Source of the DNA: an uncultured bacterium
Lineage (GTDB): Bacteria > Acidobacteriota > Thermoanaerobaculia > Multivoradales > JAHZIX01
Length of the DNA: 64,000 nucleotides
Direction: 5' to 3'
Assembly: GCA_965368975.1 (NCBI GenBank)
Contig: CBDUPA010000018.1
Coordinates: 32,001-96,000, forward strand
Notes under the pieces: model-generated
The model's database searches: none
What the model saw: only the letters and a program-made list of their open reading frames with translations
Told to the model about the DNA's origin: nothing
In this document: positions 42,099 to 52,392 of the stretch, piece after piece
Layout: every line of letters begins with the position of its first letter
How positions within the stretch are numbered: position 1 is the first letter of the stretch
Translations under genes and position numbers: made by a program

Positions 42099-45000
42099 AT
42101 GTCTGAGTCCATTTCCAGAAATCGAGTTCTTACGATCGACCTTGATCGCTCGAGGGCACCTCGCGCCTTCCGTGATCAAAACAGTCTCTGGGCCAGAGAT
42201 CTTGCCCGCATCTATCGACTGATCAAACATCAGGTCGATTTGATTGCTCCAGACAAGAAAGACGATGAGCAAGAGTCCGAGTGTCGGTCAAAACACAGGA
42301 AAAGCGAACGGCCCTGGTTGTCAATCGCAATCTTCGGTCCCTCGGGGTGCGGCAAGAGTTCCCTGCTGCGAACCCTGGTTGGTGATGTCGAGCGGCCACG
42401 CCTCCTCCCTGCCAGCTTGCGCAGCAAGGTTGCCTCGCTCCCCGTAACAGATCCGACAACTTGGTCCTCGAACGAGCAGTTCCTCTATGCGTTCTTGGCG
42501 AGTGCGTTGGAAAGAGAGCAGGACGCGCAGCACGACGACGAGGGGCCGCGCACGCTGGCGCGAGGACTCACCCCGGTACAGCTCGCCTTCCAGGACGTCA
42601 ACGAATACCTGCGAGTGGTCGACGACCCAGGCAAGACCGACGAAAACGATCCGCTCGGCTTGAGTTTGCAGAAACTCGAACGCCACACGAGCGGCCTGCG
42701 TCTAAGAGCTGCTCTGGGTACGTTCATTGACAGCCTGGCCGCGGCGCTGCAAGCGAAGGTCGTGCTACTTCCGGTCGACGATCTGGACATGGCTCCGGAA
42801 CACTTGGTGGAGTCACTGCAGGCGTATCAAAGCTTTCTCGTGCACCCAAAGCTCATCCCCATTTTCACGTTCACGGAGCGCATGCCTGAGGAACTGATTG
42901 AAGCGCACTTCCGCCAGCGCCTACGGCTCAAGGGGGACTCTGGCTCCCCAAGGGCGCAACGGGAAGACAACGACTACTCCCGCTTGACGATCGCTGAACA
43001 GATGGCCGTGCAGTTTTTGTCTCGCTGCTTCCCCGTGCGCAACCGCATTCGCCTGGGTCCAGCTCCAGCACGGGTACAACGCGCTGTCTACCAGAGTAAG
43101 CACGGCACTCGGGAAGACAACAGCGAGAATCCCAAGGTCTTGGAACTTCTGATCACGGCCAGCTTCCTCTTGTTCGGTTACCCAGACGAGGAGGATGCAC
43201 ACCGGGTACGTGCTGCGCTGCGCCCCTCTACCCTGCGGCGTCAGCTACAAGTCGTCGACGGCATGGCCGACTGCTTTCTCCACACGCTGCGGTCCCCGCA
43301 GCTGGCTCAGATGTCCTTGTTGGAAGACAGCACGAGTGAACAACTGAAGAGCTTGGGACAGCTGGCGGCCGATGACAAGTTGCACCTACCGGCCTTGTCC
43401 TTGAAGCCAGGCTGGGACTCCGAGCCCGAGAACCGGCTACGCAACCGCTGGAGCGCTCTGCAGGGGTACCTCCTCGCTCCCAGCCGAGCCAGCAACGACA
43501 TGAAACGTCCGCACGGAGCCGGGTACTTGAAGCTAGCCCACGAGCTTCGGAAGCTCAATCGCAACGCAACCTGGGGCACGATCTTCGACAGAGCAAGCTG
43601 GACCTTGCTCAACGTCCACCGAGATACCCTGCGAGAACTCAGCCTCTATCTCGAAGACCTCTACAGCTGGAGTCCGCGAGAGCTGCGCAGCGTGGTGCTG
43701 AACAAGATCCTCAGTCAGCAGGGTGGTGTGAGACGCATGGTCGTCGACCGTTGGCTGAATCGTACCGATTATCGGCGCAGCCAGGTCTTGTCCTTGCTGG
43801 CGGCCAATATCTTCCGCCCCTGGATGGTCGGTGAGGAGCCCTATGGTGACGAGGAAGCTGCTGTCCGAGCACAGCAGCGAATCGACAGCCACCCAGAGGA
43901 ATCCATCGACCAGAGCTGGAATCCCAGCGAGAACAACTCCTATCCGCTTCTCGAACCTGTGCAGGTATGCGACCGTCTCACCATCTCCTCCATTCACGGA
44001 CTACTTTGGTTTATCGAGGTCACGATGGGTTTCTACCTACCGCAGGTTGTCGCACGCAACTGGCGACTCTCTATTTCAGGTGACGACAACCTCACAGAGC
44101 GTTTCAGCGGCAATGGCTGGGACCTGCAACGAGCTCCGGTGAATGCCGTGCGCGTAGCTGATGCAAAGCAGGAAGGCACAGCCTTCGGCATGCTGTTTCT
44201 AGATGCCGTGGGCTATAGCCGAGCGCTCGACCCGCAGGACAACTGGCAAGACAAATTGAAGCGCCAGAAAGTCTTACCTCTCCACGAGGACCAGGAAGCA
44301 GCGAACTTCGACTTAGAGGCCTTGGCCCAGGAACTGGACGAGCTGCAGCCGGTCGAGCCCAAGACGACACCGGCCGGACGCCTCCTCCTACGCCTCTGGA
44401 CCTGTTACGGCTTCAGCCAGGGCCGGTACTGGGCCGTTCTCTCGCTGTGGCGGGGTCTCGGCATTATCGGACAAGTCCTGGAACTCGAGTTGCGCAAGCG
44501 TCAGCCCTTGGAGAAGCTCGCGGCTTTCTATACCGCGAAGCTCTCAGAGCACACGACTGGTAGCCTGTATCCAAGGCTCACGAACCTCATCAGAGAGCAA
44601 GAAGAGAAGGCCAATGCAGAGTCCGCCCCAGACGCCCAGGAACTGGTCAGGATCTATCAGTCGTTGTGCCAAGACCTCGAGCGTCTGCTGCGCTCGCATT
44701 GCCTGGCAGGTATGGTCCCGGGTGCATTCCTCGAGCGCACCAAGGAAGAACGCTCCATGCATCTGGCCTTTCCGAGCTGGCAGCCGCATGACCTCGAAAC
44801 CGAGGGGGCGATCAGGACACTGGCCCAAGACCTGCTCGATTGGCTGATCTTCAACTGGCACGACAAGATCTTTCCCTTGCCTGCTGGAGACATCTGGATC
44901 GGTTGGCGCGACGATTTCGTCCGCCGCCTGCACGGGGATCTGATCCTCGGCTCGCTCTGGCCGCATATGAAGGGCAATTATCTGGACAGCCACTTGCGTT

Positions 45001-45674
45001 ACGACTCAGGGCAAGAGCTGGCCTGCCTACGCAGCCTCCGCGTCGACGGTAGTAAGGCCAGCCGACACTTCAACGCCACCCAGATCGCAACGGGAACACA
45101 TGTCAGCCACTGGACAGCCAGTCTGGCGGTGAGCACTTGGTCCGATACCCTCCTCACGTACTGGCGCGGCTGCCCATCCCTCTTGAAACTCCTTCTCACC
45201 TGCCCGGTGTTCTTGAGAAGTCCGCAACGGTTTGGTCCGCTGCCGGTAGACAGCGACTCGCAGCCCCTCAATGAAGTCACCCAGCACGACTTCAGGACCA
45301 CTCTGCAGAACTTGAGAGACATTCCACAGGCAGACGGTAAGCGCCCCGCGAGCATCGAAGCAACGGGTCCAGAACGTGTCCGACTCGCTTGGCTGCATCG
45401 CCTGGCCATTCCAGCGGAAGTTTGGGACACGATCGTCGACTACTGGCAATCCTGTGCAGGAACTCCGCCAGACACAGAACCAGCGCAGCAGACCGGTGAC
45501 TCTGAGCCAGAAACAGCTGAAGCAGAGGAGGCCGCGGCGGAAGAGCGGCAGGCTCCTGGTACCGGCTCAAGTCCACCTCCCCTCTTGGTCGATGTTCACG
45601 ACCTGGTACCCGACGAGTTCTGCATCCAGCGCATTCCATTGCAAGTCTTCAGCTTTGCCGGAGATCCTGAGTGA
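42099..45674 (+). CDS. rdrA: Large P-loop NTPase, RADAR RdrA-like
   Basis: Walker A GPSGCGKSS, Walker B LLPVDDLD; GTGA overlap with the downstream deaminase. Confidence 0.72.
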   Translation: MSESISRNRVLTIDLDRSRAPRAFRDQNSLWARDLARIYRLIKHQVDLIAPDKKDDEQESECRSKHRKSERPWLSIAIFGPSGCGKSSLLRTLVGDVERPRLLPASLRSKVASLPVTDPTTWSSNEQFLYAFLASALEREQDAQHDDEGPRTLARGLTPVQLAFQDVNEYLRVVDDPGKTDENDPLGLSLQKLERHTSGLRLRAALGTFIDSLAAALQAKVVLLPVDDLDMAPEHLVESLQAYQSFLVHPKLIPIFTFTERMPEELIEAHFRQRLRLKGDSGSPRAQREDNDYSRLTIAEQMAVQFLSRCFPVRNRIRLGPAPARVQRAVYQSKHGTREDNSENPKVLELLITASFLLFGYPDEEDAHRVRAALRPSTLRRQLQVVDGMADCFLHTLRSPQLAQMSLLEDSTSEQLKSLGQLAADDKLHLPALSLKPGWDSEPENRLRNRWSALQGYLLAPSRASNDMKRPHGAGYLKLAHELRKLNRNATWGTIFDRASWTLLNVHRDTLRELSLYLEDLYSWSPRELRSVVLNKILSQQGGVRRMVVDRWLNRTDYRRSQVLSLLAANIFRPWMVGEEPYGDEEAAVRAQQRIDSHPEESIDQSWNPSENNSYPLLEPVQVCDRLTISSIHGLLWFIEVTMGFYLPQVVARNWRLSISGDDNLTERFSGNGWDLQRAPVNAVRVADAKQEGTAFGMLFLDAVGYSRALDPQDNWQDKLKRQKVLPLHEDQEAANFDLEALAQELDELQPVEPKTTPAGRLLLRLWTCYGFSQGRYWAVLSLWRGLGIIGQVLELELRKRQPLEKLAAFYTAKLSEHTTGSLYPRLTNLIREQEEKANAESAPDAQELVRIYQSLCQDLERLLRSHCLAGMVPGAFLERTKEERSMHLAFPSWQPHDLETEGAIRTLAQDLLDWLIFNWHDKIFPLPAGDIWIGWRDDFVRRLHGDLILGSLWPHMKGNYLDSHLRYDSGQELACLRSLRVDGSKASRHFNATQIATGTHVSHWTASLAVSTWSDTLLTYWRGCPSLLKLLLTCPVFLRSPQRFGPLPVDSDSQPLNEVTQHDFRTTLQNLRDIPQADGKRPASIEATGPERVRLAWLHRLAIPAEVWDTIVDYWQSCAGTPPDTEPAQQTGDSEPETAEAEEAAAEERQAPGTGSSPPPLLVDVHDLVPDEFCIQRIPLQVFSFAGDPE

Positions 45675-48600
45675 CCTCTCCCACGAGCCCTGGCCCCAGG
45701 TCTCTGCCGGCACTACCAATCCACATCCTGGGCCACATTGCGCCGATCCTGACCTGGACCGAAAGTGGCAACGTCAGCCGGCTGCCACCGACCTGGCAAA
45801 CGGAATCCGTCGCCTTTGCCGATCGCGAACGCGACTGGCTGCTACGCGAGCTACCGACCTACTCCTACACCAACGTCCAGGAGATCGTCCGTGGCACGCG
45901 CAAGGACCACAGTGGCCCCAAGCCCGTCCGCATGCCTTCAGCTTCTCGCTTCCCTTCCCTGTCGCCACCGGAAGGATTCGACCTGCAGGAGGCTTTTCGG
46001 GCCCTCAACCTGTACTTCTTGCTCTGGAACGGCACGGAACCCTGCGTCCGGCAGGGGCGCATGGAAGAACTCCATGAGCTGGCACTTCGGCTACCGGCTG
46101 GCCACATCGTGCGCCACTCCCACGCCCGTGCCATTTCGGAGGGTGTCCTCACACTCGAAGACGCTCTGGCTCTACCGGAACAAGTGACCCTGCTGCCCAG
46201 CAACTCTCACGGCCTCCGGACGATAGTGCGCAAGGGGCTGAGCGAGAGCCACTTACACCTGACTGGTGTCACCAGTGCCGAGGAAACCTGGGCCAACAAC
46301 CTGCTCAGTCCAATACCCAGCCGTCCCGTTCATGCCAGGAGCCGTCCCGAACAACGGCTCCTGACTCTCAACCTGTTTGCCGGTAGGTTGCTCGCTCTAG
46401 CCGTCTGGTACTCCCTGCAGCCTATCAATACACTCCGGCTCGACCACCTCCTCCTGCTGCAAGGACTCGACAGTCTGTACTTCGCGCGCACTGCAGCCGA
46501 AGAGAACTATGCGGTGCTCTGGCTTCATCGCAGCCTCAAACGCACGCTCGAACACACGGCCAAGAAGGCCCTGCCACTGCCGATGGAATACAGTTTTCTT
46601 CGTCGTTGGTTGAGTCCGGCCAGTCACCATCTCACACAGCGCGGCAAGTACCTACCCTCCAGCCTTCCAGAGAGCCTTACCGACCGTTGTAGGTACTTGC
46701 ACAAGCTACACTTGGCCGCTCACCTCCGGCTCGTCCAGCTTCCGCACCACCCCCGGAACGCCCCTCCGAGGCAAACCTCCCCGACAGGTCGTGACGGCCA
46801 CTACACACCCGACCACCGCTGGTTCTTCTTGCACGAAACACTCTTCCGTTACCTGGTGTGCCGCACGCACCACTGGCAGATGACGGCTCAACAAGGGGCC
46901 ACCACTGGTCTGTCTTACTTCCGTACCTACTACAGCTCCCAGCACCGGAAGCTGACCAAGATCAACGACTTTCAGTACGCCCGGCTTGTGTTTTCGCAGC
47001 TGCGACGCTGGCGTGGTCTGCGCGTCCTCGAAGGCCGGGTTGCTCCCCCAAAGCGGGCACAGCAGCTAGCTCACTGGATTCTGGCCTACGCACAGCAGGA
47101 GGATCGCCGTATCCGCAAGTTCGGCTTGGTCGTGCACTTCAAGAAGGAAGACGAAGACCAAGAAGAACGCCCGCTACGCAGTTCACGTGGCCTCCGCCTG
47201 CGCTGGGGAAAGCGGCGACGCCTGGTACGAGACGAAGGTCTTCGCCTGTACCGACTACTGCAGAGCCCGACTCCGGTGACGCCGTTTGTCGTCGGCATTG
47301 ATGCCTGTAACCTGGAGCTGGCGACCCCTCCCGAAGTGTTCGCTCCAGTCTTTCGCTTCCTACGAGAACTGCCGATCTCACTGAAGGGCAATAATCGGCG
47401 CTACGCTCCCTACTTCGAGCTCGACCCGGTAATCCGCAAGCTAGCAGAGAACCGCCGTTTGGGCATGACCTACCACGTCGGTGAGGACTTCCGACACCTG
47501 CTTTCCGGACTGCGTGCCATCCACGAGGTCGTTCTGTTCTTGGAACCGCAGCCAGGTGACCGCCTCGGTCACGGCACCGCGCTGGCCCTGCAGCCACGGG
47601 ACTGGCTAGAACACAACGGGTACCAGGCCGTCGTACCCCGCCTGGAGTGGCTCGACACGCTCGTCTGGGTCCACCATTTCCTGGGTCCCGGTGACGATCT
47701 CGTCGGCGAGCTCGGTATCGAGGACGAGATTCAGCGCCACAGTTGGAAGGTCTACAGCGAGGCCCTGAGGCGGCTGGACCACAATCATACCCATCCTCTC
47801 GATCAAGATCTGCATCCGCTCAGCTTGTGGGACGCCTGGTATTTGCGACAACTCGACCCTTATTGTGTCGACCTACCCAAGCTGCGGAGTCGCGAGTTGG
47901 GGCTACGCCCCCTACGCAGTGCATCGGAAGAGAGCCGGCGCTGGTACTCAGTGCAGGATCGCGTCTTGCAGCACATTAATGAGACCGTCGGGTCGCGCAA
48001 CGCGTACCTACTGCTTGCGCTCTACTGGCTCAGCCCGCTAGTTCGAGAAGCTGGCAATGAGATCCTGGTCATCAACATGCAGAAGCAGCACCGGCAATGG
48101 CTCGAGCTGTGCCAGCGCGTCGAGGAACGCATGAAGGACCTGATCCATGAACGTGAGCTTGTCGTCGAGGTCAACCCCTCAGCCAATCGCATCATTGGTC
48201 CGATGGCACGCTACGGCCAACACCACGTCTTCCAACTGACGCTCGACGAGAACCGCCGACTGTCCCGCAAGGTTCGCGTGTCGGTCAACACGGACAACCC
48301 AGCCGTTTGCAACACCACTCTGGCCCATGAGCACTACCTACTTGGCGAGATCCTGATCGGGCAAGGCGTGCCGGAAGCCGAGGTGGCGAAATGGTTGGAG
48401 TGGCTGCGCAGCAACGGCGAGGAATACAACTTCGTACGCCGACTACGAACTCCGGAAGAGGATTCGGACACCAAGAAGCTCTTCGACTGGTTGCGCAACA
48501 TTCGTCCGACGGTTCGAGACGCTGAGACGCGTCAGAGCAAACTCGACGCCTTCCATACCTGGCATCAGCGAACTCGCCTCCGTAGCCAGGGCTTCGAGCC

Positions 48601-48820
48601 CGATCTGATCGAGCAACACCCCGAAGTCCTGGACCGTATCCTCAGCCTCGAACAGCAGCTCGAGCACCAGCGAATCGCTCACGAGGACGAGATAGCCACC
48701 CGCCACCAACTCGACCAGGAGTATCGGCAGGTCCTCGACCGATACAAAGCCGAATTGGCTGAACGCGATCGCCTCTGGGAAGAGGTGAAGAAACTACGAC
48801 GAACTGCTGCTGGCACCTGA
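45671..48820 (+). CDS. rdrB: Large adenosine deaminase-family protein, RADAR RdrB-like
   Basis: SHLHLTG, GIDACNLE, YHVGEDFRHLLSGLRAIHE, GDRLGHG, EVNPSAN, NTDNP. Confidence 0.8.
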   Translation: MTSPTSPGPRSLPALPIHILGHIAPILTWTESGNVSRLPPTWQTESVAFADRERDWLLRELPTYSYTNVQEIVRGTRKDHSGPKPVRMPSASRFPSLSPPEGFDLQEAFRALNLYFLLWNGTEPCVRQGRMEELHELALRLPAGHIVRHSHARAISEGVLTLEDALALPEQVTLLPSNSHGLRTIVRKGLSESHLHLTGVTSAEETWANNLLSPIPSRPVHARSRPEQRLLTLNLFAGRLLALAVWYSLQPINTLRLDHLLLLQGLDSLYFARTAAEENYAVLWLHRSLKRTLEHTAKKALPLPMEYSFLRRWLSPASHHLTQRGKYLPSSLPESLTDRCRYLHKLHLAAHLRLVQLPHHPRNAPPRQTSPTGRDGHYTPDHRWFFLHETLFRYLVCRTHHWQMTAQQGATTGLSYFRTYYSSQHRKLTKINDFQYARLVFSQLRRWRGLRVLEGRVAPPKRAQQLAHWILAYAQQEDRRIRKFGLVVHFKKEDEDQEERPLRSSRGLRLRWGKRRRLVRDEGLRLYRLLQSPTPVTPFVVGIDACNLELATPPEVFAPVFRFLRELPISLKGNNRRYAPYFELDPVIRKLAENRRLGMTYHVGEDFRHLLSGLRAIHEVVLFLEPQPGDRLGHGTALALQPRDWLEHNGYQAVVPRLEWLDTLVWVHHFLGPGDDLVGELGIEDEIQRHSWKVYSEALRRLDHNHTHPLDQDLHPLSLWDAWYLRQLDPYCVDLPKLRSRELGLRPLRSASEESRRWYSVQDRVLQHINETVGSRNAYLLLALYWLSPLVREAGNEILVINMQKQHRQWLELCQRVEERMKDLIHERELVVEVNPSANRIIGPMARYGQHHVFQLTLDENRRLSRKVRVSVNTDNPAVCNTTLAHEHYLLGEILIGQGVPEAEVAKWLEWLRSNGEEYNFVRRLRTPEEDSDTKKLFDWLRNIRPTVRDAETRQSKLDAFHTWHQRTRLRSQGFEPDLIEQHPEVLDRILSLEQQLEHQRIAHEDEIATRHQLDQEYRQVLDRYKAELAERDRLWEEVKKLRRTAAGT

Positions 48821-48838
48821 TCTCGGTACCCTCCGGGT

Positions 48839-49438
48839 TCAGTGCCCCGCGAGTCGCAACTGCTTCCTGAGCCACTCGGCTTGACGCTGGATCTTCTCGT
48901 ACTCTTTGGTATTCAGCCTCTGCCAAGCCAAGATGCACAGCAGCATCAAGACGAGGCCAGCGAGGTTGCCAGCCGAGATTTTCCAGTAAGCCCAATCCGG
49001 GGCGTTCGGAGATAAAAACACCCACAGGTTGAAGCTGACTACCAAGCAAGCACTGTTCAAGGCCCAACCGCGGCAGATGCGTAGCCGACTACGGCCGTAC
49101 TCCAAGTGTGCCCACAGGGCAGAGCCGTAGTGCACTAGGGTCCTGCGATCGTGATGATAGCTTTCGAACTTACCTCTGTAGACCAGATTGAAATGCTTCT
49201 TGTCCTGCCTGTCGAAAAGCCAGTCTGCCACTCGATCCGTGATGATCCCCAGCAGATAGGCAAAGGTAAGGACAGGCAACAGAGTCGTGATCGACGAGAC
49301 ACTGCCACCGAGATTCCTGGGATCGTAGCCGAAAAGAGTCGCCCCCAATAGAAACACCCACGCCAATGTGCCAAAGCCAATAACCAGCAACTCCACGAAG
49401 AACTGCGTGGTTGCCATGGTCCCACCTGAATCAGACAT
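48839..49438 (-). CDS. Hypothetical membrane protein (~4 TM)
   Basis: RBS AAGGAGGT before ATG 49438; two pairs of hydrophobic helices. Confidence 0.75.
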   Translation of the reverse strand: MSDSGGTMATTQFFVELLVIGFGTLAWVFLLGATLFGYDPRNLGGSVSSITTLLPVLTFAYLLGIITDRVADWLFDRQDKKHFNLVYRGKFESYHHDRRTLVHYGSALWAHLEYGRSRLRICRGWALNSACLVVSFNLWVFLSPNAPDWAYWKISAGNLAGLVLMLLCILAWQRLNTKEYEKIQRQAEWLRKQLRLAGH

Positions 49439-49605
49439 CGACACCTCCTTTGAAACTGAGGAAGCTGGTAGCGACAGTAGAGTCAATGAACTTTAGCATG
49501 CAGCGTGGCGTGAAACAGCTTCCTCACTGGTAACGCGGCTGATGAATTCAGTGTACGCTCAGCCGGTCGCGGCCATCACCGGTACCGACAGGCCCCAAAT
49601 CTTCT

Positions 49606-50811
49606 ATGCCACCCAGAAAACCCGGCAAGCACGCGCTGCTCTTCATCTTCATCACGGTCCTGCTCGACTCGATCGGCCTCGGCATCATCATCCCAGTGAT
49701 GCCAGAACTGATCATGGAACTGACGGGCGAGGGACTGGGCAAGGCCGCGACGTACGGTGGCTGGATGCTCTTTCTGTACGCCGCAGTGCAATTCCTATGC
49801 GCACCGCTGATCGGCAACCTGAGCGATCGCTTCGGTCGTCGGGTGGTGCTGCTGATGTCGCTGTTCGCCTTTGGTTGCGACTACTTGCTGATGGGTTTCG
49901 CACCGACGCTGAGCTGGTTGTTCGTGGGTCGCTTCATTGCCGGCATCGCCGGCGCGACGTACAGTCCGGCCTACGCTTTCATCGCGGACATCAGCACACC
50001 CGAGAAGCGCCCGCAGAACTTTGGCCTGGTCGGCGCTGCGTTCGGCATGGGCTTCATCCTCGGACCGGTGATCGGTGGCCTGCTGGGCGACTTCGGCCCC
50101 AGAATTCCATTCTTCGTTGCCGCGGGCATCGCATTTCTCACCTTTGCCTACGGCTTCCTCGTGCTACCCGAGAGTCTGCCTGAAGACCAGCGCCGCCCTT
50201 TCCAACTGAGCCGTGCCAATCCACTCGGGACCTTGCTGCACCTGCGTAAGTTTCCGGCTCTCATCGGCGGGCTCGGAGTCCTGTTCCTTTACTACATGGC
50301 ACACCACGTTTGCCCGGCAACATGGTCTTACTTCACCATCGAGCGATTCGGCTGGAGCGAACGGCAGATAGGCTACTCACTCGGCGGCATCGGTCTGGCC
50401 ATGGCCTTCAGCCAAGGCTACCTGACCCGGGTCCTGATTCCTCGTCTCGGACCCCGACGAGCAGCGGTGCTGGGTATCGTCGCCGCGAGTGTGGCCTACG
50501 TGGGTTTCGCCTTCGCGACTGCCGGTTGGATGCTCTTTGCCTGGATGACCCTGTGGGCACTGTGCGGGCTGACGGCTCCCTCGATCCAGGGCATCTTGTC
50601 GAGTCGGATCCCAGCCGATGCACAGGGCGAGTTGCAGGGCGGAATCGCCAGCCTCGGTAGCTTGGCGGCAATCGTGGCGCCGCCGGTGATGACGCAACTA
50701 TTCGGTTACTTCACGTCGGCCAAAGCGCCCGTGTACCTGCCGGGCGCCGCTTTCCTCTTGGCGGCGATTCTGCTGCTGGTGGCGTTGCTCTTGGTTCGCC
50801 GGTCGCACTGA
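49606..50811 (+). CDS. TCR/Tet-family MFS efflux transporter
   Basis: LDSIGLGIIIPVMP, GNLSDRFGRR (motif A), GRFIAGIAGAT, GFILGPVIGG, QGELQG. Confidence 0.92.
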   Translation: MPPRKPGKHALLFIFITVLLDSIGLGIIIPVMPELIMELTGEGLGKAATYGGWMLFLYAAVQFLCAPLIGNLSDRFGRRVVLLMSLFAFGCDYLLMGFAPTLSWLFVGRFIAGIAGATYSPAYAFIADISTPEKRPQNFGLVGAAFGMGFILGPVIGGLLGDFGPRIPFFVAAGIAFLTFAYGFLVLPESLPEDQRRPFQLSRANPLGTLLHLRKFPALIGGLGVLFLYYMAHHVCPATWSYFTIERFGWSERQIGYSLGGIGLAMAFSQGYLTRVLIPRLGPRRAAVLGIVAASVAYVGFAFATAGWMLFAWMTLWALCGLTAPSIQGILSSRIPADAQGELQGGIASLGSLAAIVAPPVMTQLFGYFTSAKAPVYLPGAAFLLAAILLLVALLLVRRSH

Positions 50812-50863
50812 CCTTGGCTGTGAGCTGCCGCGAGGCGCCGAGTTCCGCAGCCAACTCTAGGAT

Positions 50864-51815
50864 CTACTCTCCGCCAAGGGCTCGGATTTGCGCCACACGC
50901 TGGCGTAGGTTGTCGTCCTTGTCGATCGAGAAGCTGCGGCCGTGTCCCAGTTCCTCGCGCAGGAAGCGGCTGAGATCCGCAGCAGTCTCTTGCATCGCAG
51001 CCTCGACGCTGGCCGCTGCCTGGGTGTCGAAGCAGCGGTAGACAACCTCACCAGCGTCCGGATCGAATTCCCAGAAACCGGCGATACGGTCGTTGTTCGC
51101 CGAAAATAGCTTACAGGCCAGGCAGATCAGGCGGCAGCTCGACACCTTCGAACGGATCGGACGCCGGCAGTCGCCACAGGTATTGCTCGCTGTCGAGCCG
51201 CCGGCCGACAAACGCGCGTTCGAGGCGGCCAGCAAATTCGAGAGCGCGGAGCGCCGGCGGCAGGGTCGACGAGAGGCCGACCTTCTTGCCGACTTCGCCG
51301 AGGCTTCGCACCAGACCTTCAGGGAGCGCTTGACGTAGTTGCGTCGGAGTCATCGGACCGGCCGCCAGCGCGTCGATCACGGCGTTACCGACCTGCTCCA
51401 GCTCTCCGGGCCGAATGCCTGTCTTCTCTTGCTCTCGTTCGGTACGCTTGCGACCGAGGTGCGCGGCGAGTCGCAGGGACGCGGCCTGCACGCGCCGAGG
51501 TACTAGGTAGATGCAGCCGCGCACCGACGGTAAGACACGCAGGTCTCCACGCTCGACCGCGGCGTCGAGCTCGGCTCGTTGCAGGCCCGGGATACGGGCG
51601 CGTAGCGCGACGTAGACGTCGACCCCACCGAGCGTCCGCACCAAACCGGTCCGCTCGACAAGGCTCTCCAAACAGGGAGAGTTGCCAGACGCCAGGGCGC
51701 TACCGTCATGGCTAGCGCCCCGCCCGAGCCCCTGCGCCTGCAGCATCCCTTGCCGGGCTTGCTGCGAACTCAGTCGCAGTGTCGTCGTTGCCGATCGAGT
51801 CTTGCCCGCTTGCAT
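50864..51815 (-). pseudogene. AlkZ/HTH_42-like winged-helix DNA glycosylase gene, disrupted near 51110
   Basis: N-terminal part (ALRARIPG, SVRGCIYLV) stops at TAA 51111; a C-terminal-like segment (DRIAGFWEFDP...) continues at once in another frame. Confidence 0.6.
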
Positions 51816-51928
51816 GGATTCCCTCCAGAGTTGCCGCGCAACCTACCACAGCCCCATCGTGTCGACTCACCAGGCAGGCGCGCGCCTGGGCTAAGATGGC
51901 TCGCAACACCTGTAAGGAGATCTCGACT

Positions 51929-52270
51929 ATGCCCCAGCTGCGCCGCCTCGTCGTTCCGGCCCTCTTGATTGTCAGCTCCCTGAGCCTCGGCTACGCCCTC
52001 GGTGTCAGCCAGAGTCTCGACGCGCAACCAGACCTGCGCCAGGTCGATGAAGATCAATTACCGCTGAGCGTCGTCGGGCCACCAGGACGTCCAGCGCACA
52101 CGGTCTACATGTACCGGCGGGCCGAGAAGGAAAAAGCGGCCAAGGCGATGACCGAACTGCACGCCTACATGGCCAGCAAAGGCTATACCTTCTCGGACCT
52201 GGAACCGTACCTGGAGAACTCGGATCTCGAAGGATGGTGGATCACCTACGTAGCGCTCGATTCGCCGTAG
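51929..52270 (+). CDS. Small secreted hypothetical protein
   Basis: RBS AAGGAG; signal-peptide-like N-terminus MPQLRRLVVPALLIVSSLSLGYALG. Confidence 0.7.
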   Translation: MPQLRRLVVPALLIVSSLSLGYALGVSQSLDAQPDLRQVDEDQLPLSVVGPPGRPAHTVYMYRRAEKEKAAKAMTELHAYMASKGYTFSDLEPYLENSDLEGWWITYVALDSP

Positions 52271-52392
52271 CCGGCAAGTTCCGGTTGCCGGTAAGTCCGG
52301 TGCCACACTTGTCGGCACCACCTACCGCGAGTCGCGTTCTCGGAATAACCAGGGCGAATACCTTGCCCCGCTCATGGTATCCTCAAAGGATT

